Numbered from the stretch's first letter, positions 9,612-19,763 are shown. The stretch: 64,000 nucleotides of DNA from Candidatus Chisholmbacteria bacterium RIFCSPHIGHO2_01_FULL_52_32 (GCA_001816585.1 MHCJ01000003.1:650681-714680); one strand, 5' to 3'. Numbers and translations are program-made. Notes: generated by a model from the sequence alone, not told the origin.

Positions 9612-10844
9612 TCACTGTTTGAAGAAATCTGCGGTGCGCTGCATGGCTTGGGTGAAGGTTGAGCCCGTGAGATTGTGACCGCCGGAGGGATACTCGAAAA
9701 GCTGGTGGGATATGTCGGTCCCGTTCAGGACGTCCATGAGATTCCGGCTGTAGCCGATTTCCACCACCGCATCATCCCGGGCGTGATGAACCTCAATTGC
9801 TCCCGTGACTCCGTCAAGATAATTGGTTGCGGGGACCTGCCTCCAAAATTCGCTTTCCGGGCTGAACTGCCCGTACAGGTTGAACAACTCGTCCCGCTTT
9901 CTCCTTCGTTCCGAATCCTGGGCTGGCGGTTGGTAACTTCGGTCCGAAATCCGAAACTGGGAAAAATCCTCGTAGGTGTAGACAGCGCCGGCCCAGATTA
10001 CCACTCTTTTGATTTCCGGCATGGCGACGAAACTGCGGAACACCACGTTGCCTGCCATGCTATGTCCCCAAAGTCCTATTCTGTCCGGGTCCACAAACTC
10101 TGCCTTCTTCAGTGCCGCGAAGGCGTTCAATGTATCGATGACGTAGTCCCCGGAATAATAGGAGCCCCCCGGTTCACCTTCCGATTGATCGTGACCTCGC
10201 AGGTCGATCTTGAAAACGACCAGTCCTTGGCGGGCGAGGAAGTCAACGTAGGAGGCGTAGTTGACCAGCGTCCGGTATTGACCGGGCGGGATATAGCCGT
10301 GGACGAAGACCACGGCCGGCCGGCCCCCTACCGGTGATTGACCTTTGGGGATGATGAGCTGTCCGTTGATACGAAAACCATCGGATTGGTAGCTCGTGAG
10401 GTAAGAAGTGTACGATTGGCTTTCCGAGACGAACCGGAGATCGGAAAGAGCGCTGTCGTATTGCCTGCCTCTCAAATACGGAAGGGTAAGTTCGCTGAAG
10501 GGAAATTGCGGGACTGCCGGAGCGGGTGCGGGATCGGCCGGGAGGTTGCCCTCTGCGGACTGAGGGTTTCCTTTCATTTGACCCGGAGATCCTTTGAAAA
10601 GTAATACGATGACGGTTGCGATGCCAACTGCCAGACTAATTCCGAGAATAGCCATCAACCAAATTTTCTTCTGATTGAGCGCGGGAATTCTCAATCTGTC
10701 CCGATCTTTCGACGGTTGGTAGGAGGGTTTCTGATCGCCGGCCATCCATCCAGTATATATCAGCGGCCGATCCGCCCTCCGCTTTGGAAAACTCATGGTA
10801 TACTGGTCTTTCTCATCGGGAAATAGCTTCCCCATAGAACTCAT
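9612..10844 (-). CDS. membrane-anchored alpha/beta-hydrolase (S9 / dienelactone-hydrolase-like)
   Basis: N-terminal TM, then a nucleophile elbow GHSMAG and C-terminal acid/His region (HHARDD). The start is uncertain; alternatives are M17 and M34. Confidence 0.75.
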   Translation of the reverse strand: MSSMGKLFPDEKDQYTMSFPKRRADRPLIYTGWMAGDQKPSYQPSKDRDRLRIPALNQKKIWLMAILGISLAVGIATVIVLLFKGSPGQMKGNPQSAEGNLPADPAPAPAVPQFPFSELTLPYLRGRQYDSALSDLRFVSESQSYTSYLTSYQSDGFRINGQLIIPKGQSPVGGRPAVVFVHGYIPPGQYRTLVNYASYVDFLARQGLVVFKIDLRGHDQSEGEPGGSYYSGDYVIDTLNAFAALKKAEFVDPDRIGLWGHSMAGNVVFRSFVAMPEIKRVVIWAGAVYTYEDFSQFRISDRSYQPPAQDSERRRKRDELFNLYGQFSPESEFWRQVPATNYLDGVTGAIEVHHARDDAVVEIGYSRNLMDVLNGTDISHQLFEYPSGGHNLTGSTFTQAMQRTADFFKQ

Positions 10845-11991
10845 GCGAAAAACCCGGTTCCTACTCCTTACCGTTTTAATCCTGTCTGCGGCTGTCGGCT
10901 GGATACTTTCCCGAAACTCTCAACGGGACTACAGCCTGACTCCGCCTCCGCCCCCCGATGTTGTCGAACCGAAGCCGACCCAATCTTCCGCTACCGAAGA
11001 ACCTAATGGCGGTCCGGATCGGGAGGTTGTCGCCGACGGCTTACAGATTCCTTGGGAAATCCTGTTTCTGCCCGACGGCAAGCTTCTGGTCAGCGAACGG
11101 CCGGGAAGGCTGCTACTCATCGGAACGGACCGGCATGCAATCGAGGTTTCCGGGGTGCGCCATGTGGGTGAGGGCGGACTGCTCGGACTGGCCATGCATC
11201 CGGATTTTGAACGGAACGGTCTTTTGTACCTTTACCTCACCAGCCAAGAGAACGGGCAAATCGTCAACCGCGTGGAACGCTACCTTCTGGACGGCGCCTC
11301 CCTTTCTCAGCGGGAGGTGATCCTGGAAGGGATCCGGGGAGCGTCCAACCACGACGGCGGACGGATCGCGTTTGGACCTGACGGCTTCCTGTACATCGGA
11401 ACCGGCGACGCGCAACAGGCTCAAACAGCCCAGGACACAAACTCCCTGAACGGAAAGATTCTGAGGATTAGGGATGACGGAACCATCCCTGCGGATAACC
11501 CGTTCGGAAATGCCGTGTATTCGTACGGTCACCGCAACGTCCAGGGCTTGGCATGGGACGATCAAGGCCGCCTGTGGGCGACCGAGCACGGAAGGAGCGG
11601 CGTCCTCTCCGGGTTGGACGAGCTGAACCTGATTGAGAGAGGAAAAAATTACGGATGGCCGGAAATCCAAGGGGATGAACAACGGGAAGGTATGGTTCGG
11701 CCTCAGATCCACTCCGGAAACGAGACCTGGGCTCCGTCCGGAGCCGAATACATCGGTGGGACTATCTTCTTTGCAGGGCTTCGAGGCGAGTCGTTGTACG
11801 AGGCAAAGGTTGAAGGCGGACGAGTCGTCGCATTTTCCAGGCAATTGCAGGGAGAGTACGGCAGGCTGCGCAGCGTCCGACTCGGACCGGACGGCTACCT
11901 GTACCTTTTAACCAGCAATCGTGACGGCAGAGGGTCACCGCAGAACGACGACGACCGGATTATCCGGATTCATCCGCGGATCCTGCGCTAG
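10843..11991 (+). CDS. PQQ-dependent soluble sugar (glucose/sorbosone) dehydrogenase, beta-propeller
   Basis: Signal/TM then ADGLQIPWEILFLPDGKLLVSERPGRL... and repeated propeller blades (YliI/SGDH-like). Start taken at MRKTRFLLL. Confidence 0.8.
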   Translation: MRKTRFLLLTVLILSAAVGWILSRNSQRDYSLTPPPPPDVVEPKPTQSSATEEPNGGPDREVVADGLQIPWEILFLPDGKLLVSERPGRLLLIGTDRHAIEVSGVRHVGEGGLLGLAMHPDFERNGLLYLYLTSQENGQIVNRVERYLLDGASLSQREVILEGIRGASNHDGGRIAFGPDGFLYIGTGDAQQAQTAQDTNSLNGKILRIRDDGTIPADNPFGNAVYSYGHRNVQGLAWDDQGRLWATEHGRSGVLSGLDELNLIERGKNYGWPEIQGDEQREGMVRPQIHSGNETWAPSGAEYIGGTIFFAGLRGESLYEAKVEGGRVVAFSRQLQGEYGRLRSVRLGPDGYLYLLTSNRDGRGSPQNDDDRIIRIHPRILR

Positions 11992-12150
11992 TTTGTACGT
12001 GACTCGAACATTCTTCGGCGTTTTCAGCTTTGGCTGATATTCTTTCCGACGCGCGATGCATCATTTGAGTAAGACCTCCCTTTCCATCATGTTCCTTACG
12101 TTATCAAATATTTCCGGGATATTTAAGTGGTATTTCCGTATCGACTGCCA

Positions 12151-12188
12151 TTGACATAGTAGTCCTTTTAAGGTATCTTTAAAGGACT
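12151..12188 (+). promoter_or_regulatory. putative promoter plus operator palindrome for the Phd/RelE pair
   Basis: A TTGACA at 12151-12156, followed by the perfect inverted repeat agtcctttTAAGGTATCTTTaaaggact that ends 1 nt before the ATG. Confidence 0.45.
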
Positions 12189-12458
12189 ATGATTCAACAA
12201 GTTTTTGGGATCAAACAATTTCAGACTCAGCTTCCCGCTATCGCGAAAAAGATTCGTGAGGTGGGGGGTCACTACTTGGTCACCAATCGCAATCAACCGA
12301 GCTTGGTCGCCCTTCCTTTTGAAGACTACAAAGCAATAGAAGATATTCTTCTTGAACTTAATTCTCCTTCCCTAAAACGCGAAATACGCAGAGGCAGAAA
12401 AGAATACCAAAAAGGGAAAGCCCGTCCTTTCAGAGATATCATCAAAGAGAATGAGTAG
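12189..12458 (+). CDS. Phd/YefM-family antitoxin
   Basis: 89 aa; HYLVTNRNQPSLVALPFEDYKAIEDIL is typical Phd/YefM. Confidence 0.8.
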   Translation: MIQQVFGIKQFQTQLPAIAKKIREVGGHYLVTNRNQPSLVALPFEDYKAIEDILLELNSPSLKREIRRGRKEYQKGKARPFRDIIKENE

Positions 12459-12714
12459 ATACAAAATCTATCTCACTACAAGGGCGGAAAAAGATTTTAA
12501 GAAATTATCTCCACAAGTTAAAGAGCGGATCAAAACAGAAACACTTCGTTCAGAAACATCAAGATATCCCCAGCAATTCAAATCACTCGTAGGGAACGAT
12601 ATCTCTCAATACCGGCTTCGGATCGGTGACTATCGAGTTCTCTACGATGTCTACGGTGATGATAAGGTGGTTTTAATTCTCCGGATCGGCCACAGGAAAG
12701 ACATTTATCGCTAG
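12451..12714 (+). CDS. RelE/ParE-family toxin
   Basis: 87 aa; the YRLRIGDYRVLYDVYGDDKVVLILRIGHRKDIY C-terminus is typical RelE/ParE. It overlaps the antitoxin by 8 nt. Confidence 0.8.
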   Translation: MSRYKIYLTTRAEKDFKKLSPQVKERIKTETLRSETSRYPQQFKSLVGNDISQYRLRIGDYRVLYDVYGDDKVVLILRIGHRKDIYR

Positions 12715-12869
12715 ATCGGCTCTAGCGAATCGGCACAAGGCCATAGCCTGAGGCTGGAGTTCACATCGTTGCCTTCTCCCCTTTTCCCTTCCTCAAGGGA
12801 TGTGGTAGGATATTTAATAGATGCAACCATAAAATATCCTTCGTTGTTTCGGCAAGCGTTCATCAGATT

Positions 12870-13448
12870 ATGACCGGCTCACAACTTGATAAAATCCGCA
12901 CGTTTACTGCAGAGGAGATGAAAAAAAGCCTCGATCCCCAACACGATTTTGTCCACCTGGAACGGGTGCGGACGAATGCTTTACGGATTGCAGATCTTCT
13001 GGATCTTAACGGCGCTATCGACCGCAACCTCCTGTCGGCGATTTGCTATCTTCACGACCTTGCGTTTACCGCTCGCAAACCGGGCCTTCGGACGTGGTTT
13101 TTTGAGGGACGTTTTGTGAAAAAGCGGCTCAAGCGTTTAACCCTTTTGGATCGCCTCGGCGTTTCTCAAGAGGAAAAACGAATCATGTTTACCGCGATTA
13201 TTCGCCATCCGCTGGCCTTTCCGCTTCGACGGCTGAACCGGCGGCGTGATTACTATACGCAACTCCTGCAGGACGCGGATACCCTGGATTTTTATAGTGC
13301 GGAGAGGCTCGCTTCATTTACCGTTTCCCGCCAACGCTTCCTCTTCTACCGGGTCTGCTCCGTTTTTGCCGGTTTCTCCTATCGGCTCTACAATCGCAAT
13401 ATCCATAAGTATCTCAACTTCCCCCAACTGGCAGAACATTTTCTGTAA
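12870..13448 (+). CDS. HD-domain phosphohydrolase
   Basis: H...HD (HDFVHLERV) and a downstream D/H (YLHDLA) with the HD-superfamily layout. Confidence 0.7.
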   Translation: MTGSQLDKIRTFTAEEMKKSLDPQHDFVHLERVRTNALRIADLLDLNGAIDRNLLSAICYLHDLAFTARKPGLRTWFFEGRFVKKRLKRLTLLDRLGVSQEEKRIMFTAIIRHPLAFPLRRLNRRRDYYTQLLQDADTLDFYSAERLASFTVSRQRFLFYRVCSVFAGFSYRLYNRNIHKYLNFPQLAEHFL

Positions 13449-13596
13449 GGATGTCTATCCGCCATTTTTCCAACCCGGGCAAGTCCGGCGCACCCGAAAA
13501 AGAACGAGGATGCCATTGGGTATGATGTTTTTTTGGGCTGGGGTGTTTTATGGGGTCGGCGGACGGGAGAAGCCACTGGCTTCATGCCCTGGAGTC

Positions 13597-14460
13597 TCAG
13601 AGGATGACGCTGTCAGAAGCCTCTATGTTTTTTGGCTTTTCCATGATGTAGACATCCTGGTTGTAGGCGTCAGTACCGACCAAGGTCGCCTCGCCGCGGA
13701 CCACCGCCTCAAGCGGACGGCAAGTTCGGCAGCCGTTACTTCGGCATTTGAACCTTTTTAACTGACGGGCGAGCTTGATCTCCTTGGCAATCTTCAGAAC
13801 CTTTTTTTCAGCGTCTTTGGGTTTCGGTAACGGTACCTTTTTCGGAGAGTCGCTTTGCTCTAAATACCAATAGCTCATCTTTGAGACGGGATGCTGCTGG
13901 CACCTCTGCGCCAGAAGGAAATAGATGGGAAGCTGGAGGGAACGCGGATCTTCCTCTCGCACCCCGGTTTTAAAATCGATGATGTGTACGGAATCGTCGG
14001 GAAGGTATTCCAGCCAATCGATCTTTCCGCAGAGGATGATGTTATCTGCCTCCGAGAGCCAGAAGTACGGGAGATCCATTTTGATTTTAACGGCAAGGCG
14101 CGCCAGCGGGCCGGGATGATTGACAATGCGCTTGATCATCGCTTTGCCGCGGGCTTTGTACGCGCTTTCGGTCTTTTCGTCGGTAAATCCCCCGCGAACT
14201 CCGCTTACTTTTTGCCAAACATGATCGAACCGCATTGCCAGCGGTTCCCTGAAGCGCTTTTCCGAAGGGAGGTGTGAAAGCGTCTCAATGACTTCATGAA
14301 TGGCTTGGCCCAAGGCGAGGGGCGGGCTTATGACGGTGATCTTGTGACCGGTTACTGGATCGCGGTAGATGTTGTTTAAGAAGTACGCGCGCGGGCAGTT
14401 TACAAAATCGGTGATTGAGGAATGCGAAACCCAGACGGCCGTGTATTTATCTCCGGGCAT
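13597..14460 (-). CDS. Cas4-like PD-(D/E)XK nuclease with a 4-Cys (Fe-S) cluster (standalone)
   Basis: N-terminal CPRAYFL, nuclease motifs IDFKTG and QLPIYFL, C-terminal CRSNGCRTC. Start assigned to MPGDKY (14460); the track ORF extends to 14736 and overlaps the upstream ORF. Confidence 0.7.
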   Translation of the reverse strand: MPGDKYTAVWVSHSSITDFVNCPRAYFLNNIYRDPVTGHKITVISPPLALGQAIHEVIETLSHLPSEKRFREPLAMRFDHVWQKVSGVRGGFTDEKTESAYKARGKAMIKRIVNHPGPLARLAVKIKMDLPYFWLSEADNIILCGKIDWLEYLPDDSVHIIDFKTGVREEDPRSLQLPIYFLLAQRCQQHPVSKMSYWYLEQSDSPKKVPLPKPKDAEKKVLKIAKEIKLARQLKRFKCRSNGCRTCRPLEAVVRGEATLVGTDAYNQDVYIMEKPKNIEASDSVIL

Positions 14461-15067
14461 AGGCTCCTTTATGAAAACTTTTTTCCTCGTCTGTTGCGAG
14501 GAGTTCCAGAGTGGTCTTTCCGATATCGACGGGGGCGCCTGAACTGCGGACCATCGTTTGCCAAAGTTTGAGATGCCCGTCAAGGTTCCGGTAGAGCGTA
14601 TCCCTTGCAAGGTTTTTGTTTTGCTCAAAGCTTCTTTCCTCTTCGTTCTTCGCCGAGAAGGAAGTCGGAAGATGGGTGGCGCGTACAGCCGTCCGTTTCT
14701 TTTGCCTGTGCTGACCGCCGGCTTTGACACTGGCAATCGTCCCCTTAAACTCGATGTCTTCCTCCTTCACGAACGGAAATCCTTGTGCGAGTGATTCCTC
14801 TACCCATCTGACGTAGCGCCTGAGCCTGTTTTCCTCTTCTGGGGTCTCCGACGAAAAATGTCTTTCGAGGAGCCGGCTTTGAATTTTTTCCAGGGCTTCT
14901 TTTCTTCGCTGGTCGCGGGCTGCCCGAATCTCCGCGGCATGTTGCACTCTCCCGCTTGCCGTCGGTCCCGGCTTTTTTCTTTTGCCGGACCTCACTCTTT
15001 CGCGGCGTTTGGCTTTGGTCGTTAGGTCTTCAAAATCATCAAACATATCCGGATCTACCTCGCTCAT
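14447..15067 (-). CDS. hypothetical highly charged protein (operonic with the Cas4-like nuclease)
   Basis: 206 aa, acidic N-terminus then K/R-rich. Its 3' end overlaps the nuclease start by 14 nt. No recognisable domain. Confidence 0.5.
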   Translation of the reverse strand: MSEVDPDMFDDFEDLTTKAKRRERVRSGKRKKPGPTASGRVQHAAEIRAARDQRRKEALEKIQSRLLERHFSSETPEEENRLRRYVRWVEESLAQGFPFVKEEDIEFKGTIASVKAGGQHRQKKRTAVRATHLPTSFSAKNEEERSFEQNKNLARDTLYRNLDGHLKLWQTMVRSSGAPVDIGKTTLELLATDEEKSFHKGAYARR

Positions 15068-15133
15068 GAGCCAAGTGTATCATACCCCCTTTTGACTACG
15101 GATCGAATACTCCATGCTCCTTATGGTAGAGTG

Positions 15134-16339
15134 ATGGTAATGCACTTCAGACTGCCCATCAAGAAGTTTTCACCTCTTCACTTCGCTTTGTGGTTGAGCC
15201 TTGGTTTGATCATCATCGGGCTTTTTTCCGGAGCTATCCTCTTTTCTTTCCGGATGCGTACCCTTACCGGAGAACGGAATGATCTCGGTGCCAAACTGCA
15301 GACAACCGGAGAGGAACTCGCACGGACGGTTGCGGATCTTGAAGCGCTGAAAAACGAAGACCAGTACAAGAAAAACCAGGAGCTCAATTCGGAAATCCAA
15401 AACATCCAGAAAACCTACACTTCGGCCGTCGCAACCTATGAGGAGCTCCTCAAACTTAAAGAACAATCCGCAAAAACGGAGAAGCTCGACGATGCGTTCA
15501 CCGGAGCGTTGGTCCTTCTCTCCAAGCGAAACTACGCTTCGGCATCGGCAACCCTCACAGCGCTCAATCAGGACATCAAAACCGAGCAGGACAAAATTGC
15601 GGCGACGTTTAAAATCCCTGAAAACGTCCCGACCCAAAATGCGCCTCCGGGATCGGGGTACAGCCGACAACGAGTTGAAACCGATGTCGGCACCTTCATG
15701 GTCTCGGTCGTGGCCGCTGATTTGGGCTCGACCCGGGTGATCGTCGATACCGCCTCCGATTCCGACTGCCGCGATAACTGTCCTGTGTTGCCTTTGGCAA
15801 CCTACGTGGCGCGGAGCGGGGCGTTTGCCGGGGTGAACGGCTCCTATTTCTGCCCGGCTGCGTACCCTTCCTGCGCCGGGAAAACCAACAGTTTTGATAC
15901 CTTGGCGATGAACAAAAATAAGGTCTACCTTAACTCCGACAACAATGTCTACAGCACGGTGCCGGCGGTTATTTTCGGGAGCGGGTGGGTGCGGTTCGTC
16001 GGTCAGTCGCTCGAATGGGGCCGGGACACGGGTGTGGACGGCGTCGTTGCCAACTATCCCCTGCTCGTTTCCGGCGGGAACATCGCCTTCGGCGGAAGTG
16101 AGGACCCGAAACTCGGCAATAAGGGCTCGCGGAGCTTTACGGCAAACAAAGGGAATACCATATATATCGGGGTCGTCCATAGTGCGACGGTCGGCGAGTC
16201 CGCGCATGTTATCAAGGCGCTCGGGATGGACAATGCACTCAATCTGGATGACGGAGGATCAACCGCTCTCTGGTCCGGCGGATATAAGGTAGGACCGGGG
16301 CGGGATCTTCCCAATGTGGTGCTGTTTGTCCGGAAATAA
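15134..16339 (+). CDS. membrane-anchored coiled-coil protein with C-terminal phosphodiester glycosidase (DUF2233/NAGPA-like) domain
   Basis: TM, heptad-rich region, then GVNGSYF...NALNLDDGGSTAL typical of the phosphodiester glycosidase family. Confidence 0.65.
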   Translation: MVMHFRLPIKKFSPLHFALWLSLGLIIIGLFSGAILFSFRMRTLTGERNDLGAKLQTTGEELARTVADLEALKNEDQYKKNQELNSEIQNIQKTYTSAVATYEELLKLKEQSAKTEKLDDAFTGALVLLSKRNYASASATLTALNQDIKTEQDKIAATFKIPENVPTQNAPPGSGYSRQRVETDVGTFMVSVVAADLGSTRVIVDTASDSDCRDNCPVLPLATYVARSGAFAGVNGSYFCPAAYPSCAGKTNSFDTLAMNKNKVYLNSDNNVYSTVPAVIFGSGWVRFVGQSLEWGRDTGVDGVVANYPLLVSGGNIAFGGSEDPKLGNKGSRSFTANKGNTIYIGVVHSATVGESAHVIKALGMDNALNLDDGGSTALWSGGYKVGPGRDLPNVVLFVRK

Positions 16340-16513
16340 ACGTCGTTCTTCTTCCGGAAAAATTCGTTCGTCACGTTGATTCAATCTCCGGTTCACGTTT
16401 TAAGCGGTCTTTGAAAAGATTGCGGGAATGTGTATACTGTAGCTGCGGTCTCGGAAAATTCTCTAACGAGGATTGGATGAGGCCGCACTTTTATGGTCCG
16501 GCGTCGACCCTAG

Positions 16514-17191
16514 TCACGTTGATCGTTTAGAAGTTTTTTCAATAAGTGAAGCCTCGTCAATGTTGGCTTTGTTTACGGCTTTTCCTACCGGATAGGCTTC
16601 AAGCTGTGATGCATCGCTTGGCCGTAACATCGGTAACAATTGCTGGGGGTCCTGAATGGCCGGGTCAAGCCATGTTTCCTCGTCGGTATCCGTCAGGATT
16701 GCCGGCATCCGGTTGTGAATCCTGGAAACGATCGCATTCGGAGTGGTGGTCATAATCGTGAAACTTTTTATGGGATACCCTTCGGCATCTTTCCAGACGT
16801 CATACAATCCCGCAAAGCCCAAGAATTTTCCGTCCTTGCGATGGATATAGAACGGCTGGCTGCCATTTTCGTTTTTCATCCATTCATAAAACCCGTTGGC
16901 CGGAACAATACACCGCTGGGTCCGGAACGGCTTTCTGAATGCCGGCTTTACGGCCACGGTTTCAGTACGGGCATTGATGAGCGAATAACCAATGCGCGGA
17001 TCCTTCGCCCAGTGGGGAATCAATCCCCAGCGCATCAGTACTGCCTGATTAGGACTGTGGCGCGTGACCACCGGCACCATTGATCCGGGCGCAATATTGT
17101 AGCGGTCCTCAACCTCGATATCGTTTTCAATATCAAAACGCGTGGTAAAGGCACTTTTCCCGCCGGGAGTGAAAACAAACCTGCCGCACAT
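16514..17191 (-). CDS. yedK: SOS-response-associated peptidase (SRAP/YedK; abasic-site DNA-protein crosslink)
   Basis: Starts MCGRF (the Cys2 nucleophile), with conserved E and H; about 225 aa. Confidence 0.9.
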   Translation of the reverse strand: MCGRFVFTPGGKSAFTTRFDIENDIEVEDRYNIAPGSMVPVVTRHSPNQAVLMRWGLIPHWAKDPRIGYSLINARTETVAVKPAFRKPFRTQRCIVPANGFYEWMKNENGSQPFYIHRKDGKFLGFAGLYDVWKDAEGYPIKSFTIMTTTPNAIVSRIHNRMPAILTDTDEETWLDPAIQDPQQLLPMLRPSDASQLEAYPVGKAVNKANIDEASLIEKTSKRST

Positions 17192-17214
17192 ACTGGCCTA
17201 TTCCTGATTAACTA

Positions 17215-17230
17215 GCGGAAGTATAGCAAA
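17215..17230 (-). promoter_or_regulatory. conserved promoter-like motif TTTGCTATACTTCCGC upstream of yedK
   Basis: The same motif lies upstream of two other minus-strand genes (22051-22066, 22713-22727). It contains a TATACT -10-like hexamer. Confidence 0.35.
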
Positions 17231-17533
17231 CACAGTGAGTGGGTACACCAGATTATGAAATGGCGGTATGAAGCCACCGATCCGAAGTGTCCGTTCAGAG
17301 GTTGCCGAGGGCCTTCGTGATTGCCTCACGGATGTTACAACCGCTATGCCATCCGTTTAAATACACTAACGTTTGCTTGTTTGCGTTATGGTTTCGGAGA
17401 TAGTATTCGTTGATCTGCCCACCTTTACTGATGAGCAGACTGATGAGTTCCTCGACTGAGGGTTTATTCTCGATACTTCATTGTACCACCACTATTCTGC
17501 TGTTGGGAAGGGAGGGTTCGGCGCTTTCCTCTT

Positions 17534-18085
17534 TCACGGAAAACAATTCGGCCAAAGTGCGCTTCTGCCGACGGAAATGAGATAAGCAGCAGTTTGAACA
17601 GATTCCTCGGCGTTGTAGCGTAAGGCTGGGTCGGCGTCCTCACCCATGACAGTTCGGTTGCTTTTCCAAGCTGTCGGTCCGAATTGATACAGACCGACAT
17701 AGGGGCCGTTTACTGCATTGGGATTAAAACCGGATTCGCAAACTGCAACATGCCTGAGGATATTGGGATCAACCCCATACTGGGCGGAAAAGCGTTCGAT
17801 AGAGGTTTGTATTTCCTGGGAAGAAACAGGGGGTGGCGGCGTCGGTGTCGGTATGGGAGTGGGACTGGGAGTTGGGATTGGCGTCGGGGTCGGCATTGGT
17901 GTTGGTGTTGGTGTCGGTGCCGGCGTTGGAGTTGGTGCCGGCGTTGGCGAAGGAGACGGTGTCGGAGAGGGCGTAAAAACCGTGCTTAGCACATTTCCGG
18001 ACTCCGTCCTTGAAAGCGCCCAAATTGTTCCCGGGACACCTGACAAAAAGAGTCCGACCAGAAAGTATTTTACGAGAGGGTTCAT
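17534..18085 (-). CDS. secreted Rpf-like transglycosylase with a Pro/Thr-rich linker
   Basis: Signal peptide, (PTP)n linker encoded by the DNA tandem repeat 17820-17990, C-terminal [25 protein letters not shown] matching the Rpf/Transglycosylase-like domain. Confidence 0.65.
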   Translation of the reverse strand: MNPLVKYFLVGLFLSGVPGTIWALSRTESGNVLSTVFTPSPTPSPSPTPAPTPTPAPTPTPTPMPTPTPIPTPSPTPIPTPTPPPPVSSQEIQTSIERFSAQYGVDPNILRHVAVCESGFNPNAVNGPYVGLYQFGPTAWKSNRTVMGEDADPALRYNAEESVQTAAYLISVGRSALWPNCFP

Positions 18086-18250
18086 CGCGCCAAATTATAG
18101 CACTCGGCAGCGAGGATGCATCGAGATCCCGAGGGAAAAGATCTTTTTTTGATTTTTTAGTGTAGTGGCGATTTGGAAGCGTCTTCTAAACGGAGAGATG
18201 AGCGGGGGGGGATGCAGTTTATTAGGGGGGTTACGGTGGAGAACTTGTTT

Positions 18251-18490
18251 CTACTCCTGATCTTCATCTTTTCGCATTTCAACATCCGTCATCGCCGGTA
18301 TCCATCCCAGCTTGGCGCAGGCAGCAAAAATGGTCTCCGCCTGGACCTCCACTTCATCCTGTGTTGATCTGTTTTTCATTCTATACGTTTTCATAGAACA
18401 AATATGACCTTTAATTAAATGAAGTAACTTGATGGGCAGGAGGTGCACCGTTGTTTCACCTTCGATCAAAATAGGCCGATAGTGTAGCAT
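18251..18490 (-). CDS. small hypothetical ORF at the left edge of the AT-rich island
   Basis: 79-aa ORF with no motif. It may be a remnant. Confidence 0.2.
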   Translation of the reverse strand: MLHYRPILIEGETTVHLLPIKLLHLIKGHICSMKTYRMKNRSTQDEVEVQAETIFAACAKLGWIPAMTDVEMRKDEDQE

Positions 18491-18713
18491 ACATAGCCTA
18501 TAATTGCAAATTGTTCAACATACCTTCCACTCTGACGCCTATCGGTATCTTTCCGGTGTATTTTATCCGTAAAAGAATTTACTATTCCCGGAAAGAAAGG
18601 AGAGAAAAATTGAACAACCTAAGATTGGGTCCGGTGTTTATGTGTTACGCGAGGATCCGAGGGTATTTAGCCGTCATGTGTTTTTCCATCCCGAATATTG
18701 TTCATTTTCTGAG

Positions 18714-19763
18714 TTAATCCCCGAGATTTTCTTTATTCAAATTAAAATTTACCTTATAGGTGTACAGTGTAATATCTTTTTGATCTTGAAGAGAATACTT
18801 CAACTTCTCTTCTGCTTCAAGAACGATAATTACTCCTTTCACCATCCTGCCATTCGCTAGTTTTCTTTTTACCCAAGAAATATAGCGAAGTGTTTGTCCG
18901 ACTACCGCATCAGATGACCTTCCCTTTTTGAGTTCAATAATAAGATATTTCTTATCATCTTTTGACTTCACGAGAATATCGATAAATCCTATATCTGTGG
19001 AGTATTGCTTACTTTCCAACTCATTTCCCTCACTATATAACAGCTCATACTCATCGCCGAAGATCGTTTTATTCCAGTTTGCGATAAGAAAGTCTTCGAG
19101 GTGCTTTTCCATTCCGAATACTGCGGGATCTTCAATACCATGTTCTCTTAATTCTTCCTCAATTTGATCTTCGTTCTCTTCTTCTTTTTCCGCGACAGGA
19201 CTTGCTCCTACGATATCCCCAAGTACTCCGTCCAGTTGCCACAAGCTGATATTATGCATCGTCGATAACTCAAGAAGTACTGCATTAATATTTTTATATT
19301 TGTTGCCAAACTTATCGTTTCTTTGAAAATCAGGAAAGAGATTCAATTTTTTTAGAGCAGTCTCACTTTTCGTATTCCATACGCCATATTTTTCCGGATA
19401 AACAACAAGAAGAATTGCGGTTATTACGGCTCGACCTATCCCTTTTACCCACAAACCACCATGTTCAATAAATTCAGTATTCAGTCTCTTTTCAATAGGC
19501 ATTTTTTCATCCAAGACATATTTTAAAAATCGTCTAAGAGCATCCATATCTGAAGTTATCAGTGTCCCTTGTCTGTGGATACCCTCCCAATGAAGGTTGT
19601 TTTTTGTCAGGAGGAAGGATTTAAAATCTTCCTTTGAGAGCTTGTCAAGCTGTGATGGATGGAATACCTTGCCGTATTTACCGATTACCTGCCGTTCAGA
19701 ATCTTTCCACCAGGGGCTTTTAGCTTTTTCGGCAATGGTTGTTTGAATCAAATCTTGTCCCAT
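18714..19763 (-). CDS. two-domain protein with C-terminal NucS/DUF91-like PD-(D/E)XK nuclease domain
   Basis: C-terminus IDILVKSKDDKKYLIIELKKGRSSDAVVGQTLRY (D...ExK...QxxxY) is a typical restriction-endonuclease-like fold. The N-terminal ~220 aa are unknown. Confidence 0.6.
   Translation of the reverse strand: MGQDLIQTTIAEKAKSPWWKDSERQVIGKYGKVFHPSQLDKLSKEDFKSFLLTKNNLHWEGIHRQGTLITSDMDALRRFLKYVLDEKMPIEKRLNTEFIEHGGLWVKGIGRAVITAILLVVYPEKYGVWNTKSETALKKLNLFPDFQRNDKFGNKYKNINAVLLELSTMHNISLWQLDGVLGDIVGASPVAEKEEENEDQIEEELREHGIEDPAVFGMEKHLEDFLIANWNKTIFGDEYELLYSEGNELESKQYSTDIGFIDILVKSKDDKKYLIIELKKGRSSDAVVGQTLRYISWVKRKLANGRMVKGVIIVLEAEEKLKYSLQDQKDITLYTYKVNFNLNKENLGD

Noticed and set aside
15170-16207. 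345-aa minus-strand ORF
   Set aside because: It is antisense to the phosphodiester-glycosidase gene. Its Arg/Gly-rich composition is a typical shadow frame of a GC-rich coding strand.
17232-17530. Possible small RNA in the 300-nt gap between yedK and the Rpf gene
   Set aside because: No convincing conserved structure or match to known RNA families (RNase P, SRP, tmRNA, 6S) was seen by eye.
17718-18152. Plus-strand ORF encoding Gly/Val repeats, and 17684..17989 encoding an Arg/Trp/Cys-rich product
   Set aside because: They are antisense or shadow frames of the (PTP)n linker repeat inside the Rpf-like gene.
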